The notes under the pieces: generated by a model
Told to the model about the DNA's origin: nothing
What the model saw: the letters and a program-made list of their open reading frames with translations, nothing else
Database searches by the model: none
Program-made: the position numbers and the translations under genes
Source: Tubulanus polymorphus
Lineage: Eukaryota; Animalia; Nemertea
Direction of reading: 5' to 3'
NCBI RefSeq assembly: GCF_964204645.1
Contig: NC_134027.1
Span: 5,984,485-6,048,484, forward strand
Length of the DNA stretch: 64,000 nt
Shown: positions 1-13,214 of the stretch, one piece after another
Layout: each line of letters starts with the position of its first letter
Position numbering within the stretch: position 1 is the first letter of the stretch

Positions 1-3000
1 TATGATCATCATTATTTTACGCATATCATCATTTCTTTCTTAGACATCTGGATATTGAAATAGATGAAGAAACACCGGTTGAAAAAGTGGATAAGAATCA
101 AGAGGAGGCGAATGTAGAGGCAGCAGCGGAAGAGAAAGAAGATGGTGATATAAATGAAGAAGAAACGCCGACAACGAATCCGGAAGAGAGCGGCGAAAAT
201 GAGATAGCAAAGATCAAAACTGAGGATGATATGGAAGAAGGGGAGATAAAAGATAGTCAGTCATCTAGTAATTTACTGAAGATTAAACAGGTAAATATCA
301 TTGCAGGCTCGTTTTCCGTTTTCATTAATCATGAGGGAAGGAGTCAAAAGAACTTCAATTACGATTTAGAAAGCCATTTATCAATAGGTTGTTATTCATT
401 TGTATTAAACTGGTATCTTATTATCTATTCTAGTGGTCCATTTAGATAATGATGAGGGTATTTTCATGGGAATGTATTTAATTTAGATTTGTGTCTATCT
501 AGATTTCCATTTTATTCGCGTATGAAAATCTTAATTTATAACGAAGTGAACATTTTTGATCGCTAATGTAATTAAATAGTTCATTTATGAAAGAAAACTC
601 CTTCCCTCAAACATTGTACTCAATTCACTATTTCCGGTATTGTATAGTTGACTGCAAGCACTGGGGGTTGATTCATACCAAGCAATCGTTCGAGCTACAT
701 ATATTGTGGATGACACGCCAGTCTGCCCTTGTCCCCTCCCGACGCCTGTTTAGTAGTGTCCGCCTGATCTTTCGTCAGCCGTCTCGCCGATGCCATCATC
801 AATCCGATGATCGCAGTAGATGTACAACGCTCGTACTTCACTGCGCATGTTTTGAAGTCACGACGAGGACTATTTGAGAGAATGCATCATTGCCAGTCGT
901 ACGAACTATTTTCATCAAGAAAGTTGCCGTTGGTTGATTTATTGCGTTAGACCAGAACAGAAGATATTGTCGCTGATCAACCGAAGTTGTGAACTTAAAA
1001 GATCTGGAAAATGTTGGATACGTGTCTTGTTAACTGTTTGCGAATTCAGTTGGTTTTCTGATTGTGTTATAAGTGACTTGTTAAGCAAGGACAGTAAGCT
1101 GCCTCAGAATAAATTGCGCATCGTTAACTTACAACGTCATACTGTGGTTCAGGATTCAGATGATACATCCATCGCGCATCAATAAGAACTGTGAATTGCG
1201 TCGATCTGTTTTGTGACTAGTTTATAAGTGAATCGTCTGGGAAAAAACTTAATTGTTATGCCAGTTATTTTGTTCATTTGACTTCAGTGGTGTCGATATC
1301 GTTTCGTATCCGTAAGTTGTTTTAAATGACCGAGAAGCAGATATTTGAGAACTCGTTTAGTGAAGTTATAAAGACAATGTTAATCAATACACTTCATCAA
1401 GATGCAGAATATCGTGCTAAAACCTCAATACTGTACGAGAGAAGCCATTTTGCGTATGTGGATATTTTCTAGCGTTTGATTCCTGCGTTAATGAATGTAA
1501 AGAACTCTGTTGTTTATGCAATGAGGATCGATTAATCGCTATTGGACATGAGAAAGTGCGAAGTATTCTGAAATGAACAGTTTTCGTAGATTGGATTTCG
1601 AATTCCCGCATTTCGTCACGTTTGTTTATGACATTTTAATTGGGCGTTGATGGTGTTATTGCGCGCTAATGCATATAAAAGGACCAACTCGCTATTAATT
1701 GACACTGATGTATGTACTCCGTTCGGTGAATTGTTAAGCTTTTCCGACCAATTCTGAAATGTTGGTTTGTCTGTACAAGAGAGTGATAATCATTGTGGAA
1801 ATGAAAGAAGACGACAACCGTTCGTTATCCCAGGCAATTGTGTTTCGGTCCCCTTGCCCTTTCACTGACGACTACCACTTGCATTGTCTATTAGGAGATG
1901 AAGTTACTCTATCGAGAGTATGGTGGCTTGAACGGAACGCACACGCAACAGCATCTGAAGAAAAGTAGCTTGAAAATGAATTACTAATCTCAATGATTCA
2001 TTAATGTTGAAGTACTGGTACTGATATATATTAAATTTCCTATGGATTGTTTATTTATATAATTAAGACATATTTTCCCTTTATGAACATCATGGATTTC
2101 AAGCTTAAGAAAGAATTTGCCACAACTTTCCGTGAAACTTGGTTCATTCAACTGCACTTGAAATGTTCTAGTTTCTAGAATCTTTGGTTTTGCTCTACAT
2201 GCTTTAACATTTTGGTTTGGGAATTTCGTTTGTATATTTAAGCTATTGATGATTCTGGAAAATATTATCAGTTAACCATTCTTTGAAATTTAGTCTTCAT
2301 TCAGAAACTTGATTTGTAACTTTTGTAATAATTTCATCTAATATATGACCTTGATTTGTGATTTAACTTTACTTCTGCGAATATTTTAGGAAATCCTGAG
2401 CCCAGCTGTATCGGTTGTCACTGGAATTGGTATGTATATCTCGCCCTCACAGTTTATCTTCATCCAACAAAAAGAAGTCTTCATTGTTTGTATTGCTCTT
2501 TTCTTGGCTCCAGCGCTGATCTATTCTTTGACAGATCTGCCTACTCTTCCTGAAATAAACGGATTTTAAACAGAACTCAGAATACTTACTCATTTAACTT
2601 TCGATCATAATGCTCTTGAAAAGTTTCAAATTGTTACTAAAAAGCACTTTTCACAAGTTGGAAGCTCTGGTTTGAGCAGTGTAACTTTTTATTCTGAATT
2701 AATGTATATACTATACTTAAGACAAATACATATTTAGTTTTATGGTAATGCTTTATTAACGTAGCTATGAAAGAAGAAAAGGAGACACCTAAACCAGTGA
2801 GAAAAAGAAGATGGGGTTCAACGAAACAGACAACTCTACGAAAACAGCCAATAGCCATTTCTTCAGATTCTTTGAAGGTGTTTAGGGATTCAAATAGTTT
2901 TAACACTTGAATTAATTTGATATGTGGCTTCACAATCTGTTCAATGTGTAAGGAATTAACCTTCTGGTGTTATATTTTATATTTGTGTTCATTAGACTCT

Positions 3001-5446
3001 AATACCAGACATCAAAGCAGTGCTTACCACAGAATCGAATGCTGAACAATCAAAACTAGCAGAATCAGAGGAGGAAGAAGAGGGCCGAAAAATTGTTAAA
3101 ATTAGGCGAACGGTAAGATTTGGAGTCGCTGCACTGTTCCTAGCAGGTATATTGATTATCAATTGAGTATTTTGGCTCTTTACTGGTATACTGATTACTG
3201 TACTTAAAGGTTCTATGCGAAGGTGATGAGAGTGGTGAAAATGAAAATAATAAAGAGAATGAAGCAATGGATACAAAGGAAGAAGAGGCAGCTGAGGAGG
3301 AAAAATCAGGAGGTAAAAGATCGGAGGGCTATTTTACCAAGAAAAAGATTTTAGATAACAGGTAAATGTAAAAAATATAAAAATATTACAAATCTAATTC
3401 TTTGCAGGTGTTTTAGAGAAAGTAGGAATCAAAAAGTTAATCGTTGATGACAATGAGCAGAACGTCAAACCGAAAGTGTACCGAACAATCAGCACGCAAG
3501 GATCGCGACCTTACTTCGATGCACCGAAACCAGCACCGAGATCGCCGTCACCCGCTCATCACGACGTAACAGCGTTCGTTCACGTGATGAATCTCGTTCG
3601 TCCTTTTACATTGAATCAACTGAAAGAATTACTCGGTACATACGGGCAACTAGTCGATGACGGTTTCTGGATTGATAAGATCAAATCTCATTGTTTTGCT
3701 ACGGTACGTTTCAATTACGTTGATTACTACCTTCTATCCTACAACGCTCATCTTAAATTCCGTAAAGGAATATGCCTAGATTGTGAATATAATTCACATT
3801 ATTTGTATCGTGATTTGACAGTTTGAAAGTGAAGAGGATGCGAAGAAATGTCGGGAAGCGTTACACGGTGCTACGTGGCCATTATCGAACCCAAAACAAC
3901 TGAAAGTCGACTTCGCTACTGAGGAAGAGGTAGGATTTGATTAAATCAGGGTTAAGCACTGTAACATACAGTCCTTTTCCAGTTCCTTCAGGCTGGCCAC
4001 TGACCTTGAAAACTTGGGGAATCAGAAAAATCTAGAAAAAATCAGGGAATTCAACAAATGTAACCAAAAACCTGGGAAACTTGATGAATTTGGATAATGC
4101 TATTCACCACATGTTTCTTAATCAGTGCGTGCATGATTCAATGTGAAATTTCTCTACTTTTACTCAGGGAATTTTGCATAATCACATGGAAATGTCAGGG
4201 AAAACCCGAGGGGGGATTTGTAAATGGGTGGAAAGTGGTCACCCTGTCTTTGTCGGATCTATATTGAAAGCATGAATAACAATATCATTTGCGTGTTTTG
4301 TTGTTACAGTTGAAATTTCACAAATCAGATGGTCAACTACCGAAACCCAGCAAACCGGAGAATTCACAATTGCACGAGAGAGCTGAATTCGGTGGCAGTG
4401 AAAGGGCTCGCGGTGAAAGGGAAGCTACTTCAAAAGGCGACCGCAGTGCAGGTGAAAACGATTCCCGCCGGTCGCGAAATCGCAGCAGTCCCAGGCGAAC
4501 TGGTGCCGACAGATCGCGATCCGATGATCGTGAAAGGCGTAGAGAGAGAAGTCGCGAACGTAAACTGAAAAAACGTATGTTTGCCATCATATCTGTGGAG
4601 TTCTGATTTTCCTTAACAAATTGTCCAAAAAAAAAATCATATTCAGTTCTGTTTGTCATTTGTTTCAGCTGTAAAGAAAACGGAAGAACAGCCCGCGAAG
4701 TTGTTGGATGATCTATTTAGGAAAACGAAAGCAGTTCCGAGTATATACTGGTTACCACTTACAGATCAGCAGGTGAATATAACCTTGATTTCAGAAAAAA
4801 AGCTACCACAATTGATTTAATGTTTTCTAAATTTTTTAGTCATCGCTATTGTTGTATTTGTAGGCGGCTGAGCGAGATGCTAAGAGGGAAAAATATGAAG
4901 AGGAACGAAATAAAAGAATAATGTTGCGTCGCCAGCAAGAAGAGGAGGCAGAGAATGCACGCAGACGCCACCTGGAGGAGAGAGATCGACGAACTAGTCG
5001 GGACAGAAGTCGACGAACCCAGCCGGTAAATAATTGAGATTTCACTACAGGGTCCCTACGACTTCGATTCCTTGAAAACTCTTATACAGAAAATTCTTTT
5101 AAAGGTGCTTGACAACACTTAAATTTGAGAAAAATGCTCAGAATAGACACAAAGTTTAGATAGTGTATAGGATAAAATTGGCTTAGTAATTGGGATATGA
5201 ATGTGATGCAGACACTTCCTTGAAATTTTCTCCTTAAAATCTCCTTGAAAACTCCTTACATCTAGGAATAACCAATCTCTGTAGGCTCCCTGCCGGTATA
5301 CTGACAGAACTTCATGATTCATTGGCTCAACTCTTCTAATAATTTCATGTATTTTCCAGGAGAAAAAGAAACGTTCAGAAAGTCGAGAGAAGCCGACGAA
5401 ACGAGAACGCACTCGATCTCACAGTGGCAGTCGTAAAAAACGTTGA
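1..5446 (+). CDS. ACIN1: Apoptotic chromatin condensation inducer (Acinus), 5'-truncated by the window edge, multi-exon
   Basis: Exons encode RKRRWG...ISSDSLK|TLIPDIK, the RRM ([19 protein letters not shown]...[13 protein letters not shown]|[31 protein letters not shown]), the RSB motif ([22 protein letters not shown], ~4698-4763) and an R/S/E-rich tail. Stop TGA at 5444-5446. Confidence 0.95.
3989..4246. mobile_element. Non-autonomous DNA transposon (CAGG-ended MITE) in an Acinus intron
   Basis: Imperfect TIRs CAGGCTGGCCAC / GTGGTCACCCTG, with internal short repeats of TCAGGGAA/CCTGGGAAA type. No clear TSD. Confidence 0.65.
5048..5292. mobile_element. CAGGG-ended MITE in the last Acinus intron
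   Basis: TIRs CAGGGTCCCTAC / GTAGGCTCCCTG (10 of 12 match) and repeated TCCTTGAAA subterminal motifs. A similar CTTGAA-rich fragment lies at ~5960-6060. Confidence 0.6.
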
Positions 5447-6792
5447 AACTTAAAATGAGTTCATGTTAGATCATATTAGTGAGAAAACAACTTTAATTGC
5501 GTTCTTATGTCCAGTCTATATGGCAATAGAACATCATACCAGTATATGTATGTACAAACAAATATGTTTTATTATGAAGGTTATTTATGAATTGTCCGAT
5601 GGGCAGTAAGAATGAATTTTACCACAACTTTGTACAGCGAATATGTATAGAGCGGTCATTAGAAATAACGTTTCTACGATACTGAAATTTAACGCTTTAT
5701 CACGAATTATTTCTTATGTCTGAATGAGACATTTTATCATTAGGAATTTTAAGTTATCTTATTCATGTGTGGCATAAGAATCTTTGTACATAAGTCTTGC
5801 AGTTAATGTAAAATACATCGCATTTTAAAAGAAAGGTAGAAATGTGTAATAAATGGATGGATTTCTTGTCATATTGAATACGAGTTTGTTGTCTTGTTGT
5901 GCCTTGGATTTTGATTAAGGACACTTCGCCGATACTTAACTGACTGCATGAGGATAAAAGCGGACCTTGGAATGCTTGAATTGTCAAAAAGAAATTCAAA
6001 GGCTTGAAAAAGCCTTAAATTCAGCACTTTGACCTTGAAAATTGATTTTGGGGCCTTCAATTTTTTGTTGCCAATCTTTTATTATCTTCGATTAATGCTT
6101 GCTCATGAATGGACGAGAGGATATATTACAGAAAAACAAAATGTACTGAGGCATTAATAAGGATGGCTACGTAGTATCATCAAAGTAAAAAGTTGCTTCC
6201 CTAAATGCATTCCGCTCCCAATATACGTATATATGATTTATATGTCAGCAGTACTTGTGTTTTTAAATACAATGTTATTTAGGTTTGAAACTAGTCCATG
6301 AATATATCGTCGAGTCGAATTCACAGGTCTGTACATAAATCGCATATATGGCTTTCATTTTTAATGGATTGCCTAATTTGAGGCCCGGTTTGCTTAGTTG
6401 ATTGACCCCTTATGTTAGTGCCCGCTATCAGTAGTCCATTTCGTATGCATAAATTTGGTGACGCAATTTCTCTAATCGGGCGGGCACAGAGTTATTTGAT
6501 TATCATTATCAATACCGTACCAAGGCTATTAGGTGTGATGACATTGATGTTGTGGGTCCATATTTTATTTTCTCGGCAAAGTTGAGTCCCTGGTTCGACG
6601 TACCCGGTTGGCTCTAGATATTTACATGCAGTATTTGGGTTAGATCTGATCAGACGTCGATTTATTGACCGATATTTCTTACTGTTAGTCATGTATATAT
6701 TATCAAACTATAGTATCAATGCATATATTTCGTATCATTCCTGTTCTCAGTCTATAATCCATGGATCCCTGAATCGAGTTTAAAAAGGAAAT

Positions 6793-8032
6793 ATGGCTTC
6801 GCAGATTTACGAAGGATCCAGTTGCTCGAACACTTATGTGACGTCAGCTCACGTTCTCGGATTCGAGGAGAAAACTTCTTATTTTCATAGCGAATATTAC
6901 TTTATCATCGAAGTGACGTGGAACTATGGTAGAACGGATCGAATACGAAGAAGATATTTAGACTTCTTTTATATGCAATGTGCCATACTTGATAGGTTTC
7001 CAGAGCAGAACAATCCAGTCACCAGAACGTTACCGTATTTACCCGGTAGGTCATCAGTGAAGTTTGCTTCATCTCTCGAAAAAACAGCTACCCGGTAATT
7101 GTGTAAATATTTGTATTTTTGGAATACCATGGATTTGTTGAACTGTTCTAAATATGTAGACACTTACGATTCGCACTTATAAATACGAGCGTATTTTTTC
7201 GCCCGATCGCGACGATTAAATTCGCCAGCAAATTCGCAGACGAAATTATACGCCCGATACGAGCGGGCACGCGTAGCGATAAAACCAGACCGAAATTCGC
7301 TCAGCGACTGGCACTTAGAGGGAGAGAGTTAACGAATCACATGATATCAATAATGCATCCTAGGTTGAGAAAAATGGATCGCTCGGCGAAATTCGCTGAG
7401 TGCGGGCAGACGAGCGAATTTGCGGGCGATCCGATCGCCGGCGTAAATAATCGGCCGAAAATATTGAACATGTTTGATACGGGCGATTCGCCGGGCGATC
7501 GAGTTGGCGTCGACGAAATCGTCGTCGCCGTGAGTGGCCACGCGAGCGAATTTTTCGGGCGATTTATAAGTTCGCCGCGATCGAGCGAAAAAATACGCTC
7601 GTGTGCCCCTTTTCCCTTATCTTTGCCTTTTATATTTCATTCATTCGCTTTTAGGCCGGAAAATGTTTACTTTCAACACGAGGAAAGTGGCCGAGTCCAG
7701 AGTGAAGCAATTGAACGCCTACCTAGAACAACTCATACACCAGGACCATTCGGTAGAGAACAGATTCGCCTTTATTCGAATTTACGAAGCTTTTCCTCGA
7801 CAAATAATCTGCATCGTTACTTTTATCAACAATACACATTTTTGCTCTTACTCACGTTTAGTTATGTTATTTGTTGTTTTAGATCAGTCAGAGTAACATG
7901 GTGCTGAACTTTTTCGAATTTTTATCAAGCGATGACGATATATCTACAAGCGAATTTTCGCAGCAGATGAGCATCAATAACTGCACTGACCGCCAATTCG
8001 GCTCCAAATCCGACCTACTTAACGATCCATGA
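6793..8032 (+). CDS. Small PX (phox) domain protein, NCF1/SH3PXD2-like PX without SH3 domains (3 exons)
   Basis: YFIIEVTW...IRRRYLDFF...LDRFP...RTLPYLPG|RK...VAESRVKQLNAYLEQLI...|ISQSNMVLNFF follows the PX consensus. Exons 6793-7045, ~7655-7752, ~7883-8032. Confidence 0.85.
7185..7602. mobile_element. CG-rich palindromic MITE in intron 1 of the PX gene
   Basis: TIR ACGAGCGTATTTTTTCGCCCGATCGCGACGA pairs with TCGCCGCGATCGAGCGAAAAAATACGCTCGT. Interior is rich in TCGC/GCGA motifs. Confidence 0.8.
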
Positions 8033-8437
8033 CAGCCGGCGCTACTTGCTGAAATTGTTTTCTTAAATACTTACATTATATGTAGGCCCTCCTATATTAC
8101 ATTGAATGGGCTGTAAAGATTTGATAAATGAAAATATTAAAGATCAAAAACAGAATCAAACCGTATCTTTAATTTTTTCGGTCAATTCGATCGGGTGCGC
8201 TTTTTAGGATTTCCGAGGTAGAAACGTTTTACTCGATCAATCTAAACCAGTGTGGAAGATCAACTGGGATAGAAGCCAAATGAGGCCCTTGATTAAGATA
8301 ATAGAACAGGTTTTGATATTTTCCAAGTATGTCACAACTCATTTTGTTTGTGCAAATTCTATATATAGCAAATTGCCACCCATCTAATCATGTTTGTAGT
8401 AAAAGGGCAAATATACGCAGTTGTTTAAACAGTAGTG

Positions 8438-11400
8438 ATGGAGATGAGCAGAACGGCGAACGCGGAAACTGAGGCTTCGTGCTGCTGTGCGAGCAAATCT
8501 CGGGTACCTATAACTCTTTTTTGTGAATGTTCATATTCGATTTTGGGTAGCACTACGGATTTTTCAATAGTTTTAAAAACGATAAGAACAACTACCGGTA
8601 TTCATATAATCTATGTTAAGAACAAATGAAAAAAAAACGCCGCAGTAATCACCTAAACATTCAACACTCTAATTGCATGTTGTTTTTAGTTATGATACGC
8701 ATTATGTATATATTTTTACAACACCAGGTAAAAATTATAGCTAAATTTCATTATGTAACGGTAAACCTTTCAATAAAGCAGCTCAACAAATTTGTTGCCC
8801 TTGTTTGGTCAGAATTTGGTGAAATGTTCTCTCATAATTGAAATGGTGGTATTAGAAATTGAGCACGCATTTTGTACTACGGCAGACTGAAATTTTTTGC
8901 GGATAACTTTTCCCGAAAAAAAATCTCTGTTAGATCATAAGTGGATTTTGGAACATTTGTTGAAGTGGAATACAGACTACATATTTAGTGATCGAAAGGA
9001 CCACGAGTTATTTTACATACAATATACATATACGGCGACGATGAGGTTTCCCGCATAGCTTTACGTTAATTGATGTTGGAAACAGTGGTTATAATTGATA
9101 CGATGATTGCGAATTCACAATTATCATATCAATCATCGTCGAAATAATGATCGTCCCATGAATTAATTTATTCGTGGCATGTACCCGAGCGATTCATTTA
9201 TCACTCAAAGTGCTCATATTACAACATTCTCGGGTTCGTGAACATCTTGAAATCAATTCTTGTTGATTACAACGAATATTCTACTCAATCCACCATGAAA
9301 TCTTTAGAAACGTTACGGAATAAGAACCGGCCACGATGGGACAGCGGAAGAGAGTGAAATGCTGACAGCGGCGAAACAGCGCGAAAATGACCGCGGTGTT
9401 TGGAGCAACCAGGTGGAAGCCTTCCTCGCGTTACTTGCTTACAGCACAGACGTCAGTTGTTTTACGAGATTTCCGCATATGGTCTACGTAAACGGTGGAT
9501 TGCGTAAGTGTCTATATGAGAAAAAAGGAAATCTCACGTAGATTAAGCCCGCCGCACATGGCATAACAAGTTTAAGCCCGCCGCACATGGCATAACATTT
9601 GTTTCACCAAAACAGAAAACACGTTTTTCATAAAATTTTTTGAGTGAATGTTTTTAAAAAAAACGTTCAACGCACACGGCATAACAAAACACATCGAAAA
9701 CGTTGGAAGAAGAAGAAACGTTTTTTTTTTGGTGCTATGTGCGGCGGGCTTAAATCCTAACAACATCGCTGAATACTATTCTTCAATGGAATCTTTCTTA
9801 CAGTCGTGTTTCTCATACCGTATCTATTCTTTATGATCGTATTCGCCATGCCGATGCTGTATTTGGAGTTGGTTCTTGGTCAAATATCAGGATTGAGTGC
9901 AGCGACCATTTGGAAGATGTGCCCAATGTTTAAAGGTATGCCTATACAGTTTATGTCAAAATTGATAGTATTACTGCATCAAATAAGATCTTTTGCAATT
10001 TTGTAATGAATACGTAAATACCTGATCTAATATTTTGGGATTTTTTTTCCGATAGGCATTGGCACCAGTATCTTCACACTGTGTATGATAGGCTTGTCGG
10101 TATACCAAATCATGATATCTTGGATTCTGTACTATATGACGGTGTCTTTCCGATCACTGCCTTGGCTCACTTGTGATAACCATTGGAATACTGAGAAATG
10201 TCGTATGCTATACAACGATACGTCCAACCCGTCGTATTCTAGTATATCCACATCACCGGCCGAGGAATACTGGACGTAAGACTAAATGCCATCAAACTTC
10301 CAAAGTTCACCGTAGAATAATAAGGACAAATATCAAAATGAACTTACAATGAAATTTCTTTTCTGCTGCACTAATATTAGTTCTTTGTTGCTCAAAATAA
10401 TTTCTGGATTTTCTAATTTCTGCTCTCATTTCAGAAATGTAGTCATTCAATCCGAAGGTTTAGTAGTCGGAAATCTGCATGGAATCAACTATTCAGTTCT
10501 TGGCTGTTTGGTTGTTGCTTGGATTTTCTTATTTCTATGCACTATTCTGGGTCCAAGATCTATCGGGAAGGTAAAAATCTCACTTGAGGTCATTAGATGT
10601 TATTTTAAGTAATCTTCCATTATTCTTGTGTATTGACAAGCAGCAACTATATATAGGTTTTTCATTCCGTCGTTATTACAGGTTCTCTACGTGACAACTG
10701 CTCTGCCATTTATACTTTTGATAGTTCTAGCCGTACGAGGGTTCACTTTACCAGGATTTTATGGCGGAGTTCAATACTTTTTCATACCAGATTTCTCGAA
10801 ACTTCTAAATTTGCGAGTAAGCGAAAAATGTAAAACGAAAATGGAAAAATGAGAATAGAAAATAATAAAAAATAACGAAAAAAAAGTATTACTTTACGTA
10901 TCCTATCCATGACTATATTGACATTTTGGCTTCACTATACAGTGAAATTGAAAATCGAAGTAAAGAATTTTTTTTCGTTTTAAGACATGGCAAAATGCTT
11001 TCAGCGAGGCTTTCTATTCGTTTGGTTTTTGCCTCGGTGGATATATCACAATCGCTAGTTATAACCGATACGATGATAGACGCACACCAATCAGGTAAAA
11101 TCGAAAACAGAATCACGAATCAAGAATAGAATTATAAATGAACAATGAATATTTCTTTTAGTTCATTATGAGTGTTGACCGACCCCATTTTTTCTAGGAA
11201 CGCCATCGTGATTCCGATTTTACACACCATTGCGCGTATATTCATTGGATTCGTTGTGTTTGCATTATCCGCTTTCTTCGCCTATGAAAAGAACACCAAC
11301 ATAGAGATAGGAAGTGGTAAGCTGTATCGATGATATAAATAAAAGAAATATACCCGTTCAATCTAAAAAAGACATTTCTGTTTTGGTGTTAAGTAAGAGA

Positions 11401-13214
11401 CTTGTGTAACAATCCGCTTTTTTTTGTTTTGTTTTAAGGTGTCTATTTCATTTTCGAATTAGCGTCTTTTGTTTCTCGTTTACCTGCCCCAAATGTTTGG
11501 TGTGTAATTACACTTATCATTGTCTTCATGAATGTTTTCAATACTCAGGTAAAAAAACAAACAAACAAAAACCAATATTCAGCAGTGATGTAACCTGAAT
11601 TTTCGTTCATGATTACCCAAGGTTTCGAGTAATCTTAAATGGTATGGTTTATCTTCTCACTACTATAGATGCCAATGTTTGAGTTACTTGTAAGCAGTAT
11701 TCTGGATACATTTCCTGGTTTTATGAAAACACGGAGGATCTTAGCTCGAATTGTTATTTCGGCAGCGATGACGTTAGTTTGTTTCCTGATAGGTATAGTC
11801 TTCACTGGATACGTGAGTATTGGTTGGCCATTCATAAAAAGGGATTCAATATAACCCAATTCAATCTTTATTAGTTCGTCTTCTGTTGTATGTATTTTCA
11901 GGGTGCATTAAGTTGGTTTTATTTAGTGGACCAGGCGCTTGGTCTGGCATATCTATGTATTGGATTTTTACAGATAATCGTTGTATCCTACTTCTACGGT
12001 ACATTTATTTCAATCGAATATTTCTCGTTTTCTTTCTAAGACGGTCACTCTCCTCTCGCTCATTTATTTCTGATGGCTGCACTTCTTCCAGATCCTAAAA
12101 GACAATTCTCATTTATGCGTCCTGTCATGTTGACATAGTGCTTGGCGATGGAAAAGCTTTTAATGTAATTTCATTTATTTCAAGGATTAGGAAGGTTGTA
12201 CACGGATATGAAATTTATGATGAAACGAATGCCTAGTGTTGTTTGGAAAATATCCTGGTATGCCACATGTCCTCTTTTGATAGCTGTAAGTTATTATTGT
12301 TTTCATTTGTATACGATTTTGGAGTTATTGAATAATCGAGAACTATTTGAATGTTATCAGGATTCTTAACTTTTTTCAGTTGTTTTTTGTATTGTCTGTC
12401 CTGGGAAGTGGTGGTCAATTTTTTATTTCACCTTGGTGGACAACGGTTGTTGGTTGGTGCATAGTCATGTTAACGATGCTTCCAGTTCCTGTTATGGTGG
12501 TCGTTTCTTTGATAAGGACAAATTGTAACTGGTGCCTGGTACGTATATTTTACTCACGCTTCGTCTGAAAATAGCTTAATAGTACAGACCGGAACAGAAA
12601 TTTACAATTCTAGGGCCAGTTGCTCAAAAGTTGGTTAGAGTTAAGCAGTGGATAGTTGACATAGTTACAATTGAAATTTCATCGTTACTATGGTATTTAT
12701 CCACCCTTTAACCAACTTTTGAGCAACTGGCCTCTGTGCTTCAATTAGAACAAAAATTCTGTAAATTCGACCGATATCTATAGCTATGCTTCGATTACCG
12801 ATCACGATCAAACCCCGTTCCTCTCGTGGCAGGTGTTGTGGGGTTTGGGTTTGTTGCTTTTTGCGGTTCATCTGACGTAGGAAATGTCATCGTTGAATTT
12901 TCTCTTTATCACATATTTTGTGTTTATTTAGATCAATGTATTTTATATATTCTATATTGATAAATCATTTTCAGCGCGATCCAAGCTGGAGCCGCGTAGG
13001 GGCTGTTAGCAACAGACCAACATCGACCGCGATGGAAAGACCCATGTATCCAACTGCGCCAGCTAGCTGGCTCGCACCTGTAACTCACAATAATCCAGTT
13101 TACGTTACTACAGAAGCCGCTCCATCGATTAACCCAACTATTCCGGCTACCTGGCAAACTGGTGTCTATGCTTCAGCAAATATTGAATCAATGGCTGAAT
13201 CTACAAAAAAATAA
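8438..13214 (+). CDS. SLC6/NSS-family (sodium:neurotransmitter symporter-like) protein, atypical, multi-exon
   Basis: RGVWSNQVE...RFPHMVYVNGG; FLIPY...PMLYLELVLGQ; IWKMCPMFKG; LPWLTCDNHWNT; SPAEEYW; GPRSIGK|VLYVT; RGFTLPG; ASYN. A probable first exon at 8438-8503 splices in phase 0 to 9308. Confidence 0.9.
9572..9753. mobile_element. MITE with TTAA-bounded TIRs, plus a duplicated left end at 9543-9571
   Basis: TTAAGCCCGCCGCACATGGCA ... TGCTATGTGCGGCGGGCTTAA. Confidence 0.85.
12614..12732. mobile_element. Short palindromic MITE in an SLC6 intron
   Basis: Perfect TIRs GGCCAGTTGCTCAAAAGTTGGTTA / TAACCAACTTTTGAGCAACTGGCC. Confidence 0.85.

Noticed and set aside
7341-7907. 188-aa ORF
   Set aside because: Runs through the CG-rich MITE and an off-frame PX exon, with no coherent protein.
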